Of a stretch of 64,000 nt of DNA, positions 7,213 to 15,600 are shown one piece after another (position 1 is the first letter of the stretch; every line of letters starts with the position of its first letter). The DNA is taken from the IMG/VR virus record IMGVR_UViG_3300042483_000521; one strand, 5' to 3'. Source of the stretch: an uncultured virus (IMG/VR IMGVR_UViG_3300042483_000521). Taxonomy: Duplodnaviria; Heunggongvirae; Uroviricota; Caudoviricetes. The notes under the pieces are model-generated. The model saw nothing but the letters and a program-made list of their open reading frames with translations. It did not search any database and had not been told where the DNA came from. A program made the position numbers and the translations under genes.

Positions 7213-10200
7213 TTAAAGTTTTTTAAGAATTTCTACTCCATCGAAGCCATTCTTAGCATCAATATCTTTACGTGTGCCAATGATAAGTACGTTATACTCT
7301 CCATCAGCATTTGATACAAAATTAACAGAATTCTGACAAGAGTCAATAACTCCATACGCACTACCAAAGTGTCCATTTGGAGTGACAAACACTTGGTCAT
7401 CTTCATTGAGGAACTTGTAGTAATCAGGAAGAGCTAATGTAGCATGACAGTTAGATGTTGTAATCTTATATCTATAGATGTTATCACCTCTTGTTGGAGA
7501 TTCTACAAACGAGTGCTGTAAGTAATGCGTTGCTGTCTTTGCAGGGTCAGGGTGGTTAATTCTAAATGTACCTGATGTCTTTGATAAAGCATTTACGTAT
7601 GTTGTACAATTAGCACTAGATGTTAAGTTAGAGCCAATTATAAAAGACTTACAGTGAGTTACTGTATTACTTTGACCACCTAAAATACCTGAAGCATATC
7701 CACTAGCTGAGTTTTGTACACCTCCTCCAACAAATGAGCGATTTCCTCCTGCTGTATTTGATGTACCCCCACCAATCGATGAATAATAATTACTAGCCGT
7801 ATTAAAAGACCCACCTGCTATAAATGAACGAACTCCACTCGCAGCGTTATTATTACCACCCACAACAGCTGAATAACCTCCACTAGCTGTATTAGAACGT
7901 CCACTACCAATAAATGAATAACTTCCACTAGCTGTATTTGAACGACCCCCTGCTATAGATGCAAAATTGGCTGAAGAAATATTGAATAGACCACCTAATA
8001 TAGTTGAATTATATCCACTAGATGTATTACTTCTACCACCACTAATAGTTGAATATGCGTTACTAGTTGTATTACCGCAACCACCTCCAACAGTTGAATA
8101 TCTACAACAAGTTTTATTATTACGACCACCTCCTATAAATGAATAACATGCAATTGAATCTGTTATGTTGCTTTGACCACCACCAACAAGTGATGCATAG
8201 CCACTAGCTGTATTACTTACTCCACCACCAATAAATGACCAAAAATTGCAAGTTATATTACTAGTACCCGTAACAATACCTGAATATGTACCATAAGCTT
8301 GGTTACTCGAGCCTACACCTATGAAAGTATAATCTCCACTAGCAGTATTACTAGCACCACCTGCAATAGTAGCACGATTACCACTAGCTATATTATTTAC
8401 TCCACCCCCAACAAATGTAAAAAAGTTTGTAGCTTGGTTATTTAAGCCTTTACCTATAATTGAACAATAACCTGAGCCTGAAACCATTACAGCACCTCCA
8501 CCACCTGATGAGGCAGTTAGAAGACCGTTAGACCCTATGCAAACTGAGCATCCTGAACATGAGTTAAAGCTACATATAGATAAATCATTGACGAATGTTG
8601 TACAGACTCTATTAGCTGTTATGTTTGAGCCAATTATAAATGAACAATTATAAGGACTATTTATTGTATTTTGTCTACCTCCTAATATACCTGCGTAATA
8701 CGCACTAGCTGAATTAAAAATACCATTGCCAACAAATGAATAAGACTTAGTAGCACAGTTAATTTGTCCTCCAACTACTGCTGAAAGACTACTACAAGTT
8801 ATATTTTGAGAACCACTTCCAATAAAGTTATTGCTTCCACAAGCTCTATTTCCATATCCTCCACTAATAGTGGCGGTAGAACCATAAACTATATTATTTT
8901 GACCCCCACCAATAAATGAACCTGATAAGAAAAGTCCACATATTTTATTAGCACAACCACTTGCTATACCTGAATAAGAAGGACTATAAGAACAACATCC
9001 TCCCTCAACAGTATTACACCAACCACCGCCTATAAATCCATAACTTCCAAATACAGTATTAGTACAACCTCCACCAATAACTGAATAATTTCCTGTACAA
9101 CAAGACAAATTGTTTTGACCACCACCTATAAATGAATAATTAGTACAATTACGATTGCAATATCCTGAAGTAACTCCTGAATAATTTTTGCAAACCGCAT
9201 TGAAATCTCCGCCTCCAATAAATGAACTACACGCACCTGATACAACATTTGTATCAACTGATACATAACTTGGATTAGTGGCGGTTGGACGAAAAAATGT
9301 AAAAATACCATTAAAAGACGGACTAAAAAGTACAGTCGTAGCACAACTCGTACTAGCTGTAAATAATGTTACAGGCTGTCCTTGTGGGAATAATGAAGTG
9401 ACATCACCATAGATTGGACTCAATGCAACATAATTACCATAATGACTAGAACAGGTTATAGCATAACTACACGTAACAGAAGAGTATGGTGCAATTTGAT
9501 TACTTGAGCCTCCTACTATACTTGAAGTAAGTCCTCCATTAGAATTAGCACATCCTCCACCTGTAAATGAAAAACTAGCTGAAGCAGTATTACAAGAACC
9601 ACCACCTATGAATGAAGCTACACCACAGGCTACGTTACCGCAACCAAATCCGCCTCCTCCTCCTACAAATGATAAACAACCTACTGCTCTATTGGTTCTT
9701 CCACCACCTATAGATGAGTAAGCACCACTAGCTGTGACACAATAGCCACCACTAATAGTTGAATTATTCCCACTAGCTGTATTTAATTGACCTCCGCCAA
9801 TAAATGAAGCGAGACCACTAGCTATGTTATATTGACCACCAACAACAGCTGATTTAGTTCCACAAGCTCGATTGTTAAATCCACCACTTATAACTGAAAC
9901 ACCACCACAAGCAATGTTAGTATGACCTCCACCAATAAATGATTCATATCCACTAGCTGTATTATTATAACCACCACTTACTGTTGAAAAACTTGCGGTA
10001 GCACTGTTACCACCAAAAGGCCCTCCGCCTCCGCCAACAAATGAATAACTTGCACTAACAGTGTTACTTTTTCCTCCCACTATTACAGAGTGATTTACAT
10101 AATAACCACTAATGGTATTAGAACTTCCTCCTGCAATTAGTGAATAACAAGTACCGCTTCCGCAAATTGTATTTAAACAACCGCCTCCAATAAAATTACC

Positions 10201-12486
10201 TTGAGCATATCCTGAAACAAATGGAGACTCATTAATAGTATTACATAATCCACCTACAATTGATGAAGAAAATATAGAAACATTATTGCAACAACCTCCA
10301 CCTATAAAGCTACCAACAGCTATATAGGACATTGTTCCATCAGAAATTATATTAGATTGACCTCCTCCTATAAATGAATAACATCCACTTGCAGTATTTT
10401 GATTTCCACTACCAATAAATGAACCACTACCACTTGAACAGTTAAATGAACCGCCTACTACAACTGAATATTGATTGCAAGATGTATTACCATATCCACT
10501 AACTGTTGCTGAATAGGTACCACTAGCCACATTAGGACTAAATCCTGCACCACCTCCACCTACAAATGAACCAAGTCCACTAGCTGTATTACTACTTCCT
10601 CCACCTACAAATGAATTAAAACCACTTGCTGTGTTGGATTGACCCCCACCTGCAAATGAATAGTTTCCTGATGCATTATTACTAACACACTCTCTTACAG
10701 AAGAACATGTTCCTGCACCAAGAATAATTACAGCGCTAGAGCCAACATTTATACCTGAAGTACCAGATGTACCACCAGTTCCTGTTGATCCAATTGCACC
10801 ATTAGTACCAGATGATCCACTAGATCCACTAGTTCCTCCAGTTCCATTTGTTCCAGATGATCCTGAAGAACCTGAAGTTCCAGTAGTTCCACTACTACCT
10901 GATGTACCATCACTACCAGAAGTACCTGATGTTCCTGAAGGAGCGTTGAATGTGGTTTGGGAATAGGAATAATATGTATTGCCCTCTGTATAGAATATAA
11001 TATCATAAGGACTGCCAGTTATATTCTGAGCAATTATCTTACAATAAACTCTATCTGTGTTACTTAAAGATATAGAAGAAAGGAACGTGTCCATGTAGAT
11101 CTGTTGAATCAGACCTAGGTTATATGTTAAGTTTATTATGTTTGTTGTACCTAGCAGAGTACCTGTTGTACCATCCCACTTGTAAACTTCAACATACACT
11201 TCGAAGTCAGCTGCTCCATTATTTAATTGGACGTGTAAAGTCCATGCCCACTGACCAGCAGGAATGAATGTAACACCTGGTACACCACTGTCTGATGCAT
11301 ACGTTTGAAGAGTTTGTGTAGCAGCACCAGCAATGTTTGTTGTAAATGATTGCTGAGCACCACCACTAGGGACTGGACTCCATTGCTTATATGTAGGAGT
11401 GCCAAAGGCAGAACTAGTATTAATTGATTGGTTTAGGTAATAAATTTGACCACCAGAGATACCATCTTGTCCAGAAGAACCAGATGTACCTGATGATCCA
11501 GATGTACCTGTGGTACCAGATGTTCCACTAGTAGCTGACGTACCAGAACTTCCAGAGCTACCAGAAGTACCAGATGTAGTGATTGGAAGAGCAGCTAATG
11601 AACCATCACCTTTTATGTACTGAGAAGATGTACCAGCAGCTGTAATGTTGATTGTTCCAGACGTTGTTACAGGACTGTTAGAAACACTGAATGCTGGAGG
11701 AACTGTAAGTCCTACAGAAGAGACAGTTCCTGGTGTGTAACCAAGAATTGCAGCTATGTCACCAGCTGTAATAGGACTAGCTCCTGTGATGAGTCCTTTA
11801 GCATTAACAGCAACCTTAAGAGCTGTTATTGTAGGATAGACGTTTAAGTTTACATTCTGTAGAAGAAGTGTAATTGGAGTTCCTGTAAAACCAGAACCAA
11901 CCACATCACCAATGAATGTCAATGGTTGTGGAGGAACTACTAAAGCTGTTGTGGTGAGGTTTGTTACTAAACCTTTTGCATTCACTGTTATAACAGGAAT
12001 GCTAGAACCTGCTCCAAAAGTACCAGGAGCACTGTTAACTGTGGCTAATGTAAGAGCTGCTGCACCAGGACCTGATGCTGTTCCATCACCAGTGAGTGAT
12101 GTAATATAGTTACCTGCTGGCTGATAGGATGTTGAATCCAATGTACCATCACCTTTTACAAACTGTGAAGATGTTCCACCAGTAGTAATATGTTTTGCAG
12201 CCTTTAGGTTTCCTGTAAACTCAAGAGTGAAGTTACCACCAATGGTAGTGTTCTGAATCAATGCACCTCCAAGTTGTACAGGAGAACTTAGTGTTGGTTG
12301 TATGATACCATTTGTAAAACCATAGCCTATTCCAGAGTTGGTGAAGGCTTGATTGATCTTCTGTATAACAACTTGAAGGTTGTCGTTTGTATTAACACCA
12401 ATGTACAGTAAGTCCTCTCCTGTGTAAAATACACAAGTGGAAGGAAGTAAAACTGGACAAGGATCAGGTGAACAATATTGATTCAT
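7213..12486 (-). CDS. Large tail fibre/adhesin with SGTSG tracts, Cys-rich GGxxN beta-solenoid repeats and a C-terminal chaperone-like domain
   Basis: N-terminal CxxxxCxxxxxxxCVFYTG module, two SGTSG tracts and dozens of ~15-aa SFIGGGxxNTASG repeats. The C-terminus FRINHPDP..YLQHSFVESP..NIYR resembles phage fibre intramolecular-chaperone tails. Confidence 0.75.
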   Translation of the reverse strand: MNQYCSPDPCPVLLPSTCVFYTGEDLLYIGVNTNDNLQVVIQKINQAFTNSGIGYGFTNGIIQPTLSSPVQLGGALIQNTTIGGNFTLEFTGNLKAAKHITTGGTSSQFVKGDGTLDSTSYQPAGNYITSLTGDGTASGPGAAALTLATVNSAPGTFGAGSSIPVITVNAKGLVTNLTTTALVVPPQPLTFIGDVVGSGFTGTPITLLLQNVNLNVYPTITALKVAVNAKGLITGASPITAGDIAAILGYTPGTVSSVGLTVPPAFSVSNSPVTTSGTINITAAGTSSQYIKGDGSLAALPITTSGTSGSSGSSGTSATSGTSGTTGTSGSSGTSGSSGQDGISGGQIYYLNQSINTSSAFGTPTYKQWSPVPSGGAQQSFTTNIAGAATQTLQTYASDSGVPGVTFIPAGQWAWTLHVQLNNGAADFEVYVEVYKWDGTTGTLLGTTNIINLTYNLGLIQQIYMDTFLSSISLSNTDRVYCKIIAQNITGSPYDIIFYTEGNTYYSYSQTTFNAPSGTSGTSGSDGTSGSSGTTGTSGSSGSSGTNGTGGTSGSSGSSGTNGAIGSTGTGGTSGTSGINVGSSAVIILGAGTCSSVRECVSNNASGNYSFAGGGQSNTASGFNSFVGGGSSNTASGLGSFVGGGGAGFSPNVASGTYSATVSGYGNTSCNQYSVVVGGSFNCSSGSGSFIGSGNQNTASGCYSFIGGGQSNIISDGTMSYIAVGSFIGGGCCNNVSIFSSSIVGGLCNTINESPFVSGYAQGNFIGGGCLNTICGSGTCYSLIAGGSSNTISGYYVNHSVIVGGKSNTVSASYSFVGGGGGPFGGNSATASFSTVSGGYNNTASGYESFIGGGHTNIACGGVSVISGGFNNRACGTKSAVVGGQYNIASGLASFIGGGQLNTASGNNSTISGGYCVTASGAYSSIGGGRTNRAVGCLSFVGGGGGFGCGNVACGVASFIGGGSCNTASASFSFTGGGCANSNGGLTSSIVGGSSNQIAPYSSVTCSYAITCSSHYGNYVALSPIYGDVTSLFPQGQPVTLFTASTSCATTVLFSPSFNGIFTFFRPTATNPSYVSVDTNVVSGACSSFIGGGDFNAVCKNYSGVTSGYCNRNCTNYSFIGGGQNNLSCCTGNYSVIGGGCTNTVFGSYGFIGGGWCNTVEGGCCSYSPSYSGIASGCANKICGLFLSGSFIGGGQNNIVYGSTATISGGYGNRACGSNNFIGSGSQNITCSSLSAVVGGQINCATKSYSFVGNGIFNSASAYYAGILGGRQNTINSPYNCSFIIGSNITANRVCTTFVNDLSICSFNSCSGCSVCIGSNGLLTASSGGGGAVMVSGSGYCSIIGKGLNNQATNFFTFVGGGVNNIASGNRATIAGGASNTASGDYTFIGVGSSNQAYGTYSGIVTGTSNITCNFWSFIGGGVSNTASGYASLVGGGQSNITDSIACYSFIGGGRNNKTCCRYSTVGGGCGNTTSNAYSTISGGRSNTSSGYNSTILGGLFNISSANFASIAGGRSNTASGSYSFIGSGRSNTASGGYSAVVGGNNNAASGVRSFIAGGSFNTASNYYSSIGGGTSNTAGGNRSFVGGGVQNSASGYASGILGGQSNTVTHCKSFIIGSNLTSSANCTTYVNALSKTSGTFRINHPDPAKTATHYLQHSFVESPTRGDNIYRYKITTSNCHATLALPDYYKFLNEDDQVFVTPNGHFGSAYGVIDSCQNSVNFVSNADGEYNVLIIGTRKDIDAKNGFDGVEILKKL
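7640..10720 (-). repeat. Degenerate ~45-nt (15-aa) coding tandem repeats
   Basis: Recurring plus-strand units such as ccaccaataaatgaa...ccactagctgtatt encode S(F/T)(I/V)(G/S)GGxxNxA(S/C)G. Boundaries approximate. Confidence 0.85.
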
Positions 12487-12523
12487 ATCACTGATGAGTT
12501 AATTTCTGATGTTTATTTATAGT

Positions 12524-12560
12524 AAAAGAAAAACCTAGGAATCGAAACTCCTAGGTTTTT
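12524..12560 (-). terminator. Intrinsic terminator with UUCG tetraloop (potentially bidirectional)
   Basis: Minus strand AAAAACCTAGGAGT-TTCG-ATTCCTAGGTTTTTCTTTT. Confidence 0.85.
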
Positions 12561-12586
12561 TGTTGTGCTTGTAGTTGCCTGACATG

Positions 12587-12617
12587 TAAAGCTAACAATT
12601 ACATGTTTATTTTTCAA
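12587..12617 (-). promoter_or_regulatory. Putative Bacteroidota-type promoter
   Basis: Minus strand TTG(12617-12615)-N20-TAGCTTTA(12594-12587). Confidence 0.45.
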
Positions 12618-12636
12618 TAGGTTATGTGTAATTCTA

Positions 12637-15600
12637 TTATCTGATACCGTAATTAGATTGCATTCTAATACCAAGATCTTTTGCAATATCAGGGTAGAAC
12701 ATTGGTAGATATCCAACTATTTGATTTGTAATAGGGAATGTTCTTAAGAAATACTTCAAAGGTTTTGCTTTTTCTATTCTCTCGTCATCTGAAGTTAGCA
12801 CTCCATATAATTCATCTAGCGTCCCTCCTATTGTCTTTACAGCATTATTTATCAAAGAGAATGCTGGGAATGGTCCACTACCAACAAGGTTTAGAATAGA
12901 TGTTGGATTGTAGAAGTACATCAATTCATCAAGTAGTTTATCTCCAATCTTAGAGACAAACTTATGTTGGTTAACTACAGCTTTATCCTCATCATCATCT
13001 GGTGCCATTGCTGGGATGATTTGTGTTGTAAGAACTAGTAGAGTTGTTAAGAATATCATATCAGTAGCCATTGCTTTAACGTTTGACTGGAACAGTTCAA
13101 TGAACATGTCCTCAGTCATCTGAAGATATTCTCCTGTTTCTCTAAAGTGTTCTTGGTTTTTCATTTCGAATGATCTTCTAATAAGATCCATCCCTTTATC
13201 ATTTCCAGATAGAAGTCCCCAAAGACCATCTCTATTAGATGCTATATTCTTGTAGATGATTGACATGATCATTCTCATCCTTCCCCACTCATATGCTTCT
13301 GATGCAGAGTTATATTTAAGTCCTCCTAATCGAACATCTATAGGTCTTGGAATCCAGTTCTTGAACACCATGAATGACTTACCAATGATGTTCAAGTTTA
13401 TAGCTCTTAGATCATCTTCAGAAAGGTTACCTAATGCATCCTTACTAAGTTGTTGTACTTTTCTTCTTACGTCAAGTACACTATTTGAAAGTCTATCTAC
13501 ACCAGGAATAATGAATTCACCGTTCTCAACTTTAGCAAGTTTCATTACACCTTTTTCTTCGATTAACTTCTTTACATCTTGCTCAAACTTTTGATCATAC
13601 TGAGCTCTATCTTCAGTTGTTCCTTTGAATCTACCTTGATATTCAGGTAGGGATCTAAGATATTCTCTAGCATTAACCACTTTACCATCTACTACCACTG
13701 TATTTTTTAGAAATGCATAGAAGTTAGCAGTTTGAACAGCTCTATCAGCACTCTGCATTGCTATCATTATGATGTCTTGCACTCCTTGATCTGTAACAAC
13801 ATTAACAGAAAGTTGCTTAGCTATTTCTCTGTTGTAGTTATCTGTTAAGGGTTGAAAGTATGCTAAAGCTTTTAGGTATTTATTCTTGTCCTCACCATTG
13901 AATTTGTTAGTGAAGATTTGGAATTCAGCTCCAACAATATCAGTCTTATTAAAATATTTACCAGCGTTGATTACAGACTGAGCTGTACCACCAAATAAGT
14001 TAGAGATGGATGAACCAGCGTTAAAGCCTAGAGTGACTAAACTAAATGAGCTATTGAGACTTTCAACAACTTTGTTTAACGTCACTTGTCTTCCTTCTAG
14101 ATTTTCTGGGAAAACTTTTATGCCAATTTTCTCATTGATTGTTTTACCCCACCCACCAATCTTAAATAAAGCAGCATCTAGTTGAGCATTATCAACATAC
14201 TTTTGTCCATAGACAATTGCTTTAATCATACTATCCAAAAGCTCAACGTTTGTAAGAGATCCTGCTGATCCAACCTTATTGTATTGTAGTTGGTTGAATT
14301 CATCAAATTGAGCTCTACCAAGTAGAGATGTTGCTATGGTTTGTTTGTTACGTTCCACCTTAGCAATAGCTCTAACTTGATCTTCCACTTGAACAAGGTA
14401 TTTGTATCTAAACGCAGCTTCGTTATATATAGCCATGTTTCTAAACAAGTCTTCGCTGTAATCACCATCGTTAAACTTTGTGGTGAAATAAATTGGTACA
14501 GTGTTTAATATTTGACCATCTTCATCTCTTTGACCAAATCCAATATCTCCCTCATCAACTGAAATGCTTCTAAAGAATCTATCACCAAGTGATAATTCTT
14601 TTCCTGTAAGGGCTGCTTCAATCATGCTACTTCTAACAAATGGAAGAAACACCCTAGCTTCTTTTTTAGAGATGTACTTTAGGTCTGCAAATTTATCATT
14701 CTGTTCAATGATATAATCGTAGAATTCTTTTGCTGGAGCATTCTCAGGACTATTCAATCGTTTCCACTCTTCAGTTTCCCAAACATCTTTCTTAGGATGC
14801 TTTCTTAAAGAATCTCTTAAATACCATCCTAAAGATGAATCGTTATCAATATTATACTTCCTATCAGCTTGTCTTTGTTCTCTAGCAATATCTACTGCTT
14901 GTTGTTCAATATCACCCTCTCTACCTCCTTTATTTTTAATATACGTGTATTCTTTTTCTTTTTCTTTTTCAAGTTCTTCTCTAACACCTTCTAGATCAAG
15001 GTTCTCTTTCATCCATTCGATGTCAGAACTAGCTATAGCTTTGCTCAACTGTTTGTAGAACTCAGGATCATACTGATCAATAAGTTCGTTCTCATCCTTC
15101 TTCTTAATGTATGAGAATAATTCTTTCTGACTTAAGCCTTTTGAATTAGCCCAACTTAAAAATCTTTCTTTCACCTCAAGGAGCTTTCTATTAGCATCCT
15201 CTGTCATGTAGCTTGCTCTACCAAGAGCTTTATTAGCTTTTCTAAAAAGCAATTGAACAGACTTAATTTGTACAGTGGACGTGGAAGAAAACCATCTATT
15301 AAGCCACGAGATAAGTTTCTCAGGACTTAGGAAGTTCATGAAACCTTCTGGCTTTGCTACAGATTCAGCTACAAATTCTTTATTAATATTCTCAAGTTTT
15401 TCTTCATACGTACTCGCAACATCAGAAATTTTTAGAAGCTCATTGTACAAGTCATTGTCATCCTTGACAACTTCTCTTAAGCTCCTATTGATGTCTATGT
15501 AAGTTTTCATTGCAAACTCTGCATCATCTAGTTCTTTTAGAAATGCACTCTTGATTTCCTCAACTTGTTCATCATTTCCAACTTCTGACCAATCTTTATT

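Noticed and set aside
7640..10720. Regularly spaced ~45-nt repeats as a possible CRISPR array
   Set aside because: Units are degenerate at synonymous positions and lie in frame inside the fibre ORF; there is no constant repeat/unique spacer pattern and no cas genes.
7213..12486. Diversity-generating retroelement targeting the fibre
   Set aside because: No reverse transcriptase in the window and no template/variable repeat pair differing at adenines was seen; elements outside the window cannot be excluded.
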